Shown here: positions 50,001 through 62,916 of the stretch, piece after piece | Numbering within the stretch: position 1 is the first letter of the stretch | Layout of the letters: each line of letters opens with the position of its first letter | NCBI GenBank assembly: GCA_002633005.1 | Contig: NMRA01000815.1 | Span: 18,443-82,442 of the forward strand | DNA: 64,000 nt | Source: Phoronis australis | Lineage: Eukaryota > Animalia > Phoronida | Reading direction: 5' to 3' | Translations under genes and position numbers: made by a program | Notes under the pieces: model-generated | What the model saw: the letters and a program-made list of their open reading frames with translations, nothing else | What the model was told of the DNA's origin: nothing | Databases searched by the model: none

Positions 50001-53000
50001 ATGAGAAGAATGATGCGTACTAGTACAGAACTGCAGGTCACAAAAGTCCCGTCCATACACAGCCTGCGATAGAACAACTTGCACTAGTGCAACTTAACCC
50101 ACTTTTAAGTGGCGCGTCCATACACACACACACACATATCTTATAACTAGAGTAAGGTGGAAGTTGTCGCTCTGTGCATGACATTGAACACCTAATGCGA
50201 GTACGGCGCACAACAGAAAACCCACATCTAATAATTACCTCCACCTTGCCCCATGTTTGCAGCCACACAGGAATAACAAGTGGCACAAATTACCCTAGAA
50301 CAAGTTACCCCACCTCGATAAGGTGGAGTAAGTTGTCACAAGCGGGGTAAGTTGCACTAGTTTATTAAATAGCGTCCACACAGCCTCTAAACCTAATGAA
50401 TAACATTTCTAGGGTAAGTCTGTGTGTAGACAGCACTCTAATCACATCATTACATGACATTAGCTTCTAGGAGTCTATGCAATGAGCCCTCAATAGGACA
50501 GTGACAAAGCTGAGACAATCTATTCACAGTCAATCTATTCTGGAACTGGATGTGTTGACTGTGCTGTTGTATTGTGACCATTACAGGGCGTTATTTGATG
50601 TTATCAAGCCTTGCTTGAGCCAGTTAAATGACTGGATTTACACCAATCATTACTACCCTGATCGTCCATTAAATAACTGACGAGAGTACTGTAGACGCGA
50701 GAAAATCATGAAAATGCAACATCGCTCATTCAAGACTTTACGAGATATCACCACGTACCACAAGTGAAGCATATGACTACATTAGCTTCCTTTGTGAGAT
50801 TTTTGTGTCTATTGAACTCAACCCAAGCTCTGTAACGTAGTTTAAAAGATGCGCATCTAGGATTCAAAATAATTATTTATTTGTTTGACTTAGTACAGAT
50901 CCAAACTTTATTTTGTTTCAACGAATTATCATTAAGTCATCTAGTCATATTGCATTGTCTATTAGGGTTTAGTATCATTTTAAACAATCACATGTCAATG
51001 ACAAAAAGGATTAATATGAAAGCTTTAAAGTAATTCTCCACTTATTTCATAAAAAATAATTTCCAAAGTTGTCATTTTCCATTTTTCAAAAGCTGATTAC
51101 CTTGCTCCAAATATTGTTTTATGACATCTACGCAGTAAAAACTATGCCAGTAATAAGCTAATTTAACCCCTTGTGTGTTAAATAAGTAAAGAATTATCGT
51201 AACTACAGTCTTACCAAGAGAGTCCAGTAACTTCTTGCCAAGTTGTAGCAACTTATTGGCTTTTACGCGAAACTCTCCGCTAGAGCCTGTGTTTGTGACT
51301 GGATAGTCTTTGTAGAACTGTTTGGCTCGTCCATACTCGCATTCAATGAAATGGTTTTGTCGTAGTTGGGAAAAGAATCTAGTTGAATACCTGCAAATGA
51401 TTAAGAAACAATGAATCATCAGGTGGACAGATTGCAACTAACAAATCACAACCAGAGAACAGTTCACAAGCAAAACACTAACTAGTTTATATATCAAGAT
51501 GTTGTAGAGGATGCTACTGAGTTGGTTCCAGGTTGACAGTTCAAAGACCAATAAGGCGAAGACGTTTTAGGCCAACATGTCAGTCAGTTTTAATCTCAAT
51601 CCAAACCTTCATACTCTGAACCATTCCGACTACAACCACCCAACCTTCCCTTCAGCTGAGTTTGCACCTAGCGGATGTGTTGTTAATAGAACGAGACGGA
51701 GCACTGATATACAACCATGCTCTTCCTAGTACAAAGGCATGAAAAAATTTTCTAAGCGATTCTTAGACTGATTTGACTTATACAGTATATAGACAAACAC
51801 CAAAAACTGACTCAAAAATAATGCAAATGACCAATATGTCAAATCCATCTCAAAACAGGAAGGTGTGCCAATTATAAAAATATGTCAAAGAATTCCAAAG
51901 ATACACGGTAAAATGGGCGAAAATAAATATTGCAACTTGGAGTCACAGTGGTGGTCAGATCCAGCTGAAAGCCATCCTCCTGCATTGTCACTTTCCTAAA
52001 AATACATTTCCAAACATATAAACTGCCACCAGGGGCAGAGCACAAGACAGATCCTTCCGAACATCAATGTCAGTCAAGCTCTCCTCACCAGGAAATTTCA
52101 ATATGATCCATCAGCAAACTTGGCACACATTGAACCAAGCTCAAAAACACTAAAATTGCCACTAGGGGGCATAGGAGTTCTGCCAGAAAATCAACTCCAG
52201 CCATGGTCTTGCCAATGAGAACATACCAATTAAATTTCATGACTATCGTCCACACCACTCAGGTGTTAAAGTGGCAGACACAAACTACAGGCACCAAAAT
52301 AATTGCCACTTGCGGGTGCAGCCATACTCAATTCATCCATGAAATCTATGAGTAGCATCACTTCCTAAACAGGAGCAAATGTGACTAATTCTGAAACTAA
52401 AAGAGGCAAACACAAAAACTTAAAATAGTCAATATGTCTATCAGTAGTCAGATTTGTCTTAAAGTCGTCATCCGTCATCAACTTCAGGAAACACCCAGTC
52501 AAATTTCAAGGAGTTTGGAAATACAGGAATCGATGCCTACATGTAAAATATTTTACAAAATTTTTGATCCCGCAAGCACTCAAACATGGCATTTCACCAT
52601 ACATGAAAACGCCTGAGCTAAATCTCTCTGCTATGCTCAATGCAAACGTTATCAAACAATAAATTTGATTAGTTTTCTCCCAAACTGTAGCATCTTCCAA
52701 CAAAACATTTAGGACCCCCTGGTAAGAGCTCTAGGAGATGACCATAACAAAGACCAGCATAGTTTACAACGACAGTGTGTTGACAATGTGCTGCCATCTA
52801 TCCAATGACTATTGCCGGGAGATGAAGTACTTCATGTAGAGCTATCACATTCCATCGCTATCCAAAATACATACTTGGGAACACGCAGCAGTAGGCCGTC
52901 TGCCTCTACCAAAACTGTGTTGACTCTGAAACGGAAAAAACACAGCAAATTCTTAATATTACATGACACCATATCAAGCTATGAGTGAACCTACAAAATT

Positions 53001-56000
53001 TGGCTAAAATTCTTCAAAAAACTCATTCATACAACCAGATTTATGCACAGTAATCCAAAACATAACGATTCGTTTTTAGAATATTCCACCTTTTTGCATA
53101 AAGTGATTATTGTTGCTTTTTCACAACAAAAGTGCATCGTGGATTGTTTGAAAATAATTCGGTTTTAGTTTCACATCTTTCAAACTTTTGAGTGGAGAGG
53201 GTCGGAATAAGCGAACATTTTTGAACAATTTTGAACAGTCCCTCACTGACTCTAAGCCAACCAACCTGTCAACAAGAGCAGCACTTTGACCAAGTACTAT
53301 GTGCCTTCCCTCAGAGCCAACACCACTCTTGATCAACCTTCTCTTGGCTTTATGAAAACCGCTAAGAACAGAATGCCAAAGGTGCTTAGCTCCGCGCTCA
53401 TAAAACAAAACCACGTGGATAATCTGTCCATTATGTTCAAATATGTAGTGCGTAGGAATAGTAACATTGTAATCAGAGGTCAAACTGAAGAGTCTTGGGT
53501 CACGATCCATAAACCTGATGACTGTGAACTGTCTGTCTTCAAACGTCTTGATCAAGATGGGCTGAAACACCAATAGTTAAATAGTGCATTGGCAGATTTA
53601 GGAGGGGCTAAAGGGGCCCGGCCACACTCCTTCATGACATGACCAAAAAATGGCACCAACATAATGTTATAACAGCTATCACCAGGGTTTGCCTTTTGAA
53701 AATTGTGTTCGGGCCAACCACGCGATATCCTACCTTTGACAGTGCTATGAAGACACTTAGTTGATCATTTATTTTGATCAGTTAGTCATATTAAAATAAA
53801 TGCTATTGAAAAACTTGCTGCCTAATTAAACAAAATCTATGTATAACTGTAAGTATGTAATAGTTAGCTTGGATAACAAGATTTTTGTTATTTTCTGCTC
53901 ATATAAACAAAAAGCCATGATAAGCAACTTCAGCTAACATCTGGGTTCCAACTAACAGTGTGAAAACTGCAAACTCAGGACTGCAGACAAAATAATATAT
54001 CTCATGACTACATAAAAATGAGTGAAAACTTACACCATCATATAACATTATTGGAGTAGATGGGTACTGAGTTACTATCAATCTTTTTACAGATAGTAAA
54101 AATCAGTGCGAGTGCACGCCAGAATTTTGCGAGACACAAGACAACCAATCTAGAATCCAGAAAGTAATCGTCTGCTTGGTAAGCTGTCAGTTAAATTTGG
54201 ATAGATGTTACCAGTTAATGGGCATCTATGATCAACTGAACTTCAGACTGCTTGAAATACAACTACAATGATTGATTTCTACAGATCGTTCATCTATGCT
54301 ACAAGTGGTAATGCTATGATGGCCGCTACCCACAATCCTCTGTATATATGGCACCTCATCCTAACCGTAAAAAGGCCAATACTTGTCAAGTGACATCTGT
54401 AGGCAAATTACAAAGACATACTATCATCGGTCAAATAGAAAGGCCTTTTGTATCATGACACTGGCAAAAAGAAACCCTGCAAAACAAACGATTATGAAGG
54501 CAATTTTGTAAAAACATTTAGCCCCCCATTAATGAACTTCATATTACATTTCGTTCGTAGACTTTTTAAGCTATTAAAATATACATTCACACAGATATTT
54601 GTGATGATGAAACTAAAGCAGTAAATTGGTCGATCAATTTCCATCTTACATGATCTATCCACCGAGATCCCAGACCACCAAATGTGATGACATTACGGTC
54701 AGAGGCAAAGTTACACCTGCTCATTGTCCCGTTACTTCGAGCTAATGGACACAGGGGTGTTGGGTCAATCAAAAACACATCCACATTGAAGGACATGCAG
54801 ACCTGAAGAAAGAGCTGAACACTTGCCTACAAAATGACAAACAAGGCGATAATTAATCAATCTTATCAATGATGACAATTTCAGGTGAAAGAAATATACT
54901 CTACTTGAAAAACAGAAACAAGGATTTTAAATTTTGTGAACTGGCAATGGAGTAATGAAAGCTTCTGCCAAAACAGAGCAGACCAAAAGGTCAATAACTA
55001 TATTGTCTATTTCAGAGTGTTCCCAGTGTTCACATTGTTAATCACCTTCAGGGTCAGGGGTCAAACCACAGAAAGCCAGTTAGTACAGGGCCCAATGATC
55101 GGATCACCTCTTACTTAATGACAGGAATATGTTTCAGCAATCATGTGAATTAAACTAAAACTTCATAGAGACGAAATAGAAAGTGTAACGTCACAGTACT
55201 GAGATACCGGTAGTCTTAGGATATTCTGTCATCTAGGCTATAACTCTTGCCACTTCCCTATGGGAACTTATATTGAGTCAAAATGTGCGACTAGAAAATT
55301 CCCAGTTAAGCCGTTTAAAAAAAACAGGTCAATACGATAATCTGTTCGGTTCACAGATGACGTGGCATGAGCATCAGATTATACTTTTTGATGAATTTTG
55401 CCAGCTTGAACAAACATTAGTACAAGTGAATAGGCCACCACCATATTTTAGTGGTCAATTTGGAGTATGCTGGCTAGGGGTGTGACATGGTCACTTTCAC
55501 TCCTTGTTACTAGTCAAATTGGACCATGGGCCTCTTTTGTGAAAGTTGAAGATATGACTGTCCCTATGACATCAGTGGCATTGTACAACTCGATAGATAT
55601 TTTTTGTGACATAAGTAACAAGAACGTAGATGTTTGTCTCACTTCCGTTGTCGTTATGGCGATGCTGAAATGTTGAATTGTGGAAGAAACTCCAACCAAC
55701 CTCGCTTGGTCCATTACGTATGTCAAGATTTCTCAGTTTAAGTGTCTCACGAGTATCTTGCCTTACACAACACACCCTCGGTTGGTGCCATGACATCAAC
55801 AGAAGGGAGACAAAAATCAACCCTAGTGCTACAGTGTTTATCTCACGAAAGGTAAAGTGACATTCTACAATATTGCTGCATACTTTTAGGTTAGTACCAT
55901 GATGTCATGATCTACCTTGCTATTATCGCACATACTTGGTAATGTGAAATGTGATTCCATTGTTGCATAATTTTTATGAAGCGGCAGTGTGGCAATAAAG

Positions 56001-57690
56001 AAAGAAACAAGTAACACAAGCCCAGTAAGGGACACGTTAAGCATTTTGGCAATATCAAAACATTCCTTTTGAGGCATTATAAGTACCAAGAACTGCTTTG
56101 TCATTTTCAAGTCATGCACTGTAGACACCTTCAGACAATATTTTGAAAATTTGTAGGCATTCAAACCAAGTAGAAGCCCTTCAAAAATGATAAAGGAAAA
56201 GACTTGCAATGATTTTTGTTCAAAATTGATGGATTGATTATCAAAATGGAGACCATTAGTGTTGTGAGATAGCTGGAATCAAACTTTTTTGTGTTGTGAT
56301 CTCAAAAGTTACATCATACTTACATGTTTTTTGTTGACGTTTGTATTACTGTTAACCTGCAAAGACACAAGTAAATCCAGAGTAATACTAAAATCAAATG
56401 TTTTTTAACAGTCCTTCGGCAACTGGCCATTTTTACACTACTCGCGCCAAGAGATATGATGTCATATCTCTTGGGGCGAGCAGTGTAAAAAATGGCCAGT
56501 TGCCGATTAGGTTTAACTGAATGAAGGGCTGGTCAAAAAAGCTTGATTGCGAGAGAATTTTTTTCGAGATGGGAAGAGTTAAAGATATCAAACACCTCCT
56601 TAGGTGTCCCTGTATGCGCAAAAGTAGCCTTGGTACAAAGCTGTATACTAAATATACAGCTTTAAGTTTGCGCCGATGTGGGTAAAAAAGTGGTAAGATA
56701 AAATCTGACACAAAATTAGTGTCATTAAAAACTACAGTCTTCCTTGAGTAAACTAAATTATTTAATGGTGTTAGAAAAAATGGCGTTCTACCGTTATGCT
56801 GCTGCTAAAGTTGTGGAGCGATCTGCTTCGGCTTTTGGCGCCATGAAGTATTGCGTTACATATTGGCCAGTCTTTTTCCGCCAATTCTTCAATCAACTGT
56901 TGTTCTTTCACGAGGTTGCGTACACGTCGCAACAAATTATTGGAACTGGTTTCACTTCATAAGTTCTTAGAATTTCAATACCGAAAAAACGAATTTCAGA
57001 ACAAATTTTGTTGCTGCGAAGTTGTCGCAAAAAATTAGGAAATGGAATGTGCACGTGACACGAGCGTACTGTTTTCAAAACGAACATACTTTTCATTGTT
57101 ACAAAAGTTCAAGAATGACGCAAGAAAATGACGTTTGTTGCATTGTTTTTCACTTAAACGGTTGTAACGGGCAAGGTGAGTAACGGTTGACTCCCAGATG
57201 TTGCATTCAACCCGTCCAGTCTTTAGCTTTACATGTTGAAACAAATTTCACGGCGAGGTAACGACTGAGCAGATCTACCCTGGCTGCATGCAAATTCAGG
57301 TGTATGGAAGGCCTACGAGATGGCCACCGTCTCCACTGAGGCCGGTTGAGACGGTGAGGTTGAGGTACTGTCTTAGGCAAGGGGCTACGTGTTGCCTAGT
57401 ACTCAGTAGTACTGTCTTAATCTTTTTGACTAACATTTTTTGATAAAACTAAAAACAAAAATTCCATGTAAATCCGCCATGGTTGCCACAGCAACTTCAA
57501 CCAAGTTTGAACACATATTAATCAGTGTTAATACAACAGAGATACAGGAGATAAAACTCAGTACGTAAATACTTGCCTCTTTAAATCTTGGCACCGAGTT
57601 CTCGTTGTACCGACACAGAAAGCTAACCTGAATCAAAAGGAAAACAAAGCCGCATGCTAGCAAGCCATCCAATGCGACTTGTTTTTTCAT
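46822..57690 (-). CDS. FKTN: Fukutin (ribitol-5-phosphate transferase, LicD family), 9 coding exons, ~453 aa
   Basis: Exons join into 1362 nt. N-terminal signal-anchor plus motifs [57 protein letters not shown] (DxD), [48 protein letters not shown] are colinear with fukutin as I recall it. Confidence 0.95.
47831..47955 (-). CDS. FKTN: Fukutin exon 8
   Basis: [42 protein letters not shown]/gtaagt. Confidence 0.94.
49802..49971 (-). CDS. FKTN: Fukutin exon 7 (catalytic DxD)
   Basis: [30 protein letters not shown]...KHVFGR/gtaagt. Confidence 0.95.
50046..50437. mobile_element. Harbinger-like non-autonomous element (degenerate)
   Basis: Ends gtccatacacag / ctgtgtgtagac; internal inverted motifs caacttgcactagtgcaac and aagttacccc/ggggtaagtt. 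Confidence 0.45.
51215..51390 (-). CDS. FKTN: Fukutin exon 6
   Basis: ttgcag/[23 protein letters not shown]...LLDSL/gtaaga. Confidence 0.92.
51760..52720 (+). mobile_element. Degenerate (older) copy of the same monomer family
   Basis: Recognisable cores actgccaccaggggca (~52022), attgccactagggggca (~52156), attgccacttgcgggtgca (~52302) and aatccatctcaaaacagg; boundaries approximate. Confidence 0.5.
52875..52925 (-). CDS. FKTN: Fukutin exon 5
   Basis: tttcag/[17 protein letters not shown]/gtatgt. Confidence 0.88.
53266..53561 (-). CDS. FKTN: Fukutin exon 4
   Basis: tttcag/[12 protein letters not shown]...DPRL...HLWHS...ALVDR/gttgg. Confidence 0.9.
54650..54826 (-). CDS. FKTN: Fukutin exon 3
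   Basis: ttgtag/[22 protein letters not shown]...RWIDH/gtaaga. Confidence 0.88.
56324..56356 (-). CDS. FKTN: Fukutin putative 33-nt micro-exon ([11 protein letters not shown])
   Basis: tctttgcag acceptor, GTAAGT donor, phase 0/0, no stop. Confidence 0.65.
56416..56506. repeat. 91-bp near-perfect palindrome
   Basis: tcggcaactggccatttttacactactcgcgccaagagatatgat/gtcatatctcttggggcgagcagtgtaaaaaatggccagttgccga. Confidence 0.9.
57577..57690 (-). CDS. FKTN: Fukutin exon 1 (signal-anchor)
   Basis: [38 protein letters not shown]; donor GAG/GCAAGT (GC-type). Confidence 0.75.
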
Positions 57691-58554
57691 GAAATGTTCG
57701 TAAAGCCGTGGGCACTTGATCTACGTCGTCCACATGAGATGAACTCTGTTTGGTTAGTAACACAACAGAGAACTTGACAAGAAGACGATGAATGGGACAT
57801 CAATCAACCGTTCCTTGAATCTTTCTTCACCATGGCTTGCAAGACCAAAAGTAGGTCAAGGAGGTCATTGTCTCTTTCTCGCTAAGGTTTCCCTGTGAGA
57901 CATCTATTTTTAGCAGTTCCCTGATTACTGGGAAGTGCCTTCTTCAGAACTCACGACGTCGCTTTATCAGGCAGGCATCGCGTTGAGGCGAATGCTTAAT
58001 AATACATTTGGCTTCATTTTCACCGAAAAATCCGCCTTATCCAGCACCGGATAAGTTTTTATAGTTTCATGCATCCCAGATGGCGAAAAAGTGAGGAAAT
58101 TCAACTGAATTTGCCAACTCGGGAATGCCAGGGACACTAGCGCGCCGGGGACCGTCGACCGCGCGACAAGCGGTCGAATAGAAAATCATTGACTCCGAGT
58201 TTATTGGCTCACGTGTGTTGTCCACGACTAGAAGCGATAAGTAACAACTTTCCAGTTTAGAGACCTCCAGCAACTGAAATTTCATATTCACAAAGCATAA
58301 AAAGTACAGAATATTCCGCCCATGGAACTCTGACCGGTTATCAAGTTCGGAATTTGACGCTGACGGAGGACGGCCGAATTACAGAAATCGCGGCTCGATT
58401 GACTTAATCCTCTTAGTAAAACGAGTGAAAGTTCCAAATTTTCTGTTGAAAAACAAACTAGCTAAAATCAAATAGGCTACATGCACTACTGATAGGCCCT
58501 ATGTAGTCAGTCCAGACGACGGTACGGCGCATGTGCGAGTTTTCGGCTCTTATT

Positions 58555-59553
58555 CATAGGCGGATTTAGGGGGGGGGCCCAGGCCCCCCCCCTTGGCCGC
58601 CGCAAATAAAATAAAACAGTAAGAGCGTAGGGAAATGGCGAGTTTATTAATTAACCCCGGTAATTAAAATTGTACGAATGAAAAAAGATTTAAATGTGTG
58701 CAATTTTAGTGTTGGGGGGGGGGCTCAAACCCAATTTCAAGTGTCAAACTCGGAACACGGCGCATTCGCAACGGAACTATGGCTAAGAATAGGCTCTCCC
58801 GCGATATCCCAGGCGACCGGCAGTGGCGCTGCGCACTACGACTCCGTTTTCGTCGTCTGCTCCACTGTGCAATGAAGAAAATTTGCTTCATTTTTTAAAG
58901 AAAATGGAACCTGAGTGACGATAAAAAACAGAAGCTGCTGGTAAGATGTGAATTTTAATCGAAGCCTTAGTGAATCACTCAGAAACTCGCAATACTCTCT
59001 TTGTCAAACCTTATCTTAAGACGATTTCCAAAGCAATCCCGTCATTATTGCCAACACGAAAAACGGATTTGGTCTTTTGGGCATTTGAAGACTATTTTAA
59101 ATACGACAAATTTGTTAAGAATTGATGGCACAAAATATAAAACGTATAGCATTACGAAAAGAAGTAGGTTTCGCGCGCAAACGCTGTCGACCATAAACAA
59201 GTAGGTCTTTTAGTAGTGAAGTCGTGTTGGTGTAGTGGTAACGCACGCGCTCTCTATGCGTGAGGGCGTGAGTTCGAGTCTTTGTTACGTTCAGTTTTTC
59301 CTGTTGGACACGTTCTCCGTGTTTTTTTTTTTTCCTTTTTTTCTTGGATAATACTTCAGGAATCAAGGAAAATGCTTGATTTTTAGACGTAAAAACAGAA
59401 AAATTTCCTGAGCGGGAGGGGGGTTTGCCCCCCTCCCGACCTCCCCCCATTCGGTGCTATGCGCATCTACAATCGTGGTTCAGTTTGCGCAAATGCTTAC
59501 AGCCGGACAAAATGTTGGGCCCCCCCCCTTGTGATATCCTAGATCCGCCACTG
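58555..59553. mobile_element. Non-autonomous hAT-like DNA element
   Basis: TIRs cataggcggatttagg / cctagatccgccactg with subterminal G/C runs; TTATT on both flanks; no transposase ORF. Confidence 0.7.
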
Positions 59554-62500
59554 TTATTCTTTATAATTTCCACGGGTCAGTCAATACACAGAATGCATAA
59601 AAAGAGGTGGGTCTATATTCCGGCGGTGCATCAGCATGGGTTTACAAATTTACTCAAATAATTCACCTATACATGTACGGCCCCGTGTGCGGCGTCCCAG
59701 AACGGTCGCTATAGGCATACCAAACAGGCCCGAAATTGAGATTGTATTGTAAGGTATGAATGGTTAACCTATATTTTGTAAACGAATCTTTTGTTAGTAA
59801 TTGGTATGAATGGAATAAAATAAAATGACTTAGTCAAAAATGTTGTGACAACTATAAAAATGGAGCTTGCGTCCCAGTGCGATAATTTTCAGTTTCGAAA
59901 ATAATCTCCTTGTAAAGATCAACTCGCAACACTCTGCTGAACGGGTCAGTCGATCCTTTCCTCAAAATAAAATGTCTTTTGGTGCCATGTAAAGGAAAGA
60001 CGCCACACAGACAAAAAATTTAATATACTGGCCGAATGTGACTATAGCAGAATTCTATTAACGGGTTCCATTTCTTGCAATGAATATTTTCTGCAACAGT
60101 TGCCAATTTCGCTCAGACCATTTCTTTCCAAAGCCACTCAGTTAAGCTACCATTTTAAAATTCTTGACGATGCTCTACATTTCCGCCTTAATACGTTGCA
60201 CGAAGAGCAACTGAAGTATTGATGTGTTTGTTTTTAACGCTGAAAAAGCATAAACATTTGATCAAGACCTGACCGCGAGTGTTTCTTGATTACACGATAT
60301 GCTGCGCACAAAGCCAAGTGTTTTGGACTGAGAGGTGTTTTTGTAAACACAGAAACAAAACGGTGAATTTTTATACGTTTCACAAGTTCATCAGTAACCC
60401 GAATTTTTCGGATTTTAATATTTGGACGTATGGAGTTATGCTCTTGTTAAGTCAAATGAGTTAGAAAACGTAAATTAGGTAGAAAATAAGTAGACTGGAC
60501 GCACTGACGACGTTTAAAGTAATGTTTTTGAATAATTTGATTCTTTCGCCGTTATAGCTAGTTTCCATTAGAAAGACAATTCACGTTTAAAACTCAGTTC
60601 GGTTGTTGTCGGAGGGCTGAAGCTTACCCAGGAATAGAATTCCATACTCAGGGCAACAGGTCAAAACAGCTCAGGAGTACGTAGTGGTCAGTATGATCTC
60701 CACTAGACGAGTGAGGACCAAAAAACGTTGTCAAGACAAAAGGAGGTCCATGCCACTGACTAATTACAATCTAAGTATCTAAGTGAAAACCGCAGGAGAC
60801 CGTAGAACAAAATTCAAATCGATTAAAATATTGTTTACCAGTTCCGTTTCTGCCAGTTAACACAGTCATTTTCACCAAAAATTTCAGAGGCTCCAACCTA
60901 GTGAGAACTACTTGGTATGGCAGCGCCACAAGAATGCCATGGAGGTGACCAATTCAGTGCATATTTTTGGCCAGTTCCCCTTTTGAAATTGGCCCGCACA
61001 TCATTCCTAGACTGAATGAGTTCCCTGCTGCAGCCTGAGGGTCTTTACCTAAATTTCAATTCGTGTAAAGGTTTCATCAGGAGGGAAGTCCAAGAAGATT
61101 GAAAGGTTTACTACATAGGAAAAGTTAAGGGGAACACTCCCCCACCTACATGTACACAACCAAAAATGTCGCCAGCATGTCATTTTTATGACTTACGGAT
61201 ATCCATCCAAAATTTTGGTTGCCCCTCTCACCACACCCTAGATGCACCTGTGACCCAGGTCAAGTTACTGTTGATTAATAAGATGTGACAGACTTTGAAA
61301 GTTAAAATTTGTTATGATAGTGAAATGTTAAAATGTATGTGTAAGACTAGGGTAAACCACTCACTGACAAGACTTTTTTAAAGTGAAACAAAATACACAA
61401 ATAAGTCGACTAAGAATTTAATATAACTTTGATCATTCCAAATTTTAGAACTGAAAGTTCCATGTATACTTGGAATCACATCGCAAGTCGTTTGTTTAGT
61501 ACAAAATACAGAATATGTGCACTTGACCCCAAATTACAAATGTCATTGTACTTATTCAACAGTTTTCAAATTCAATAAAATGTTTGTCTTCAACTCAAAA
61601 TCATTATGTATGGACAACCATGCTCAGACTTCGATCCCAGTTTCACAGTTAAAATAACAAAAATTCTGGTGCCTCTCTTTGATAATAGGCCACTTTTCGA
61701 ATCTGACACAACATAAACACGAACTGTACAGATGACTTGAAAATAGAACTTATACATAATCAATGATCGTGTGAAAAAGTCACTATAGGGATGTTACCTC
61801 TTCAAAGATCAGGGCCTGTGACCACAAAACTACTCAGTCCATTAAGTTACTTGGAATTTAAAAATAACTAACACAGTGATTTCTCATGTTTGAAGACCAC
61901 CAAAACATACTCAACTAAACGAACATGAAATTTTGAGTGATTCACCATTTTTAAGTACTACTAAAAGTGACCACCAGTAATTCTTGTGTAAATTCTCGAG
62001 TACACTTTGTCTTGAGAAAATTATTCAAAAGTTCCAAAACTCCTATGTAGCTTTCAAGAAAAAGTTCTCAACATATGGTACAATTTATTTGATGTCTGAA
62101 TTTCATAATTTGATACCTTACTATATATATTCACTGGGATTATATTTAACTTGCTTTGCGAAATACATACCCCATACTTTTTATTTGGAAAATCAGCAGA
62201 CGACATTGACCTTTTTCGCACCTCCTTTACTGGAAAACTTCAAATTCATTGACTGACCTGTAGAGGGTGCTCATCACACCAAAGATCATTAGTCTGAGTA
62301 CATCTTGAAGAGACTTGAATAAAGTTTGGTGGTCGCTAATTTCTGAGTAAGAACAGTAATTTAAAGTTCTGAGTAAAGTATGGTGGTTGCAAGCACAGCC
62401 CATACTGACATATCTACAAGAAGGAGAAATCTCTTTAAAGCAGCTTCCAACAACTGCATGAACACATGCGAGTTATGAAAACAATATGATCGCAATCCTT

Positions 62501-62735
62501 GACATCATTCCAAGCATCATCCCAAAGATTAACCAGAGAGGGCGGTTATCCATCAACCACCTCTGCTTTACATTCCACACAGCCTCAAATTTCATTTCCA
62601 AACTTAGAGTTCAACTCTAACACGTGAATGAGTTGATGTCAATTTCAATGAGAACGATGTCGAGAAGAAGTACTTCAAATCTGAACTTCATTCCAGATTC
62701 CGAAGCTGAGTTATGGCCCTTTCCCTCCATGACGT

Positions 62736-62916
62736 CTAGAAGTCAAAGTCTTCAATTACCATCTCATCATCATCATCATCCTCAACATGACTCGTGTCCA
62801 ATACTGACTGACTGTTGCTCAGACTATCCTCAGTGTCATTCACTGGACCTGCCACGTCATTGTGGTCACTCCCTAGCAACTGATCAGTGTCAAGCTCTGA
62901 CAGTTTCTCAGCACGC
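62736..62916 (-). CDS. Probable terminal coding exon of an unidentified gene entering from beyond the right edge
   Basis: Acceptor tatttgtag then open frame RAEKLSELDTDQLLGSDHND...VEDDDDDEMVIEDFDF-TAG, followed by AT-rich UTR-like sequence; no upstream in-frame exon found in the window. Confidence 0.55.
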
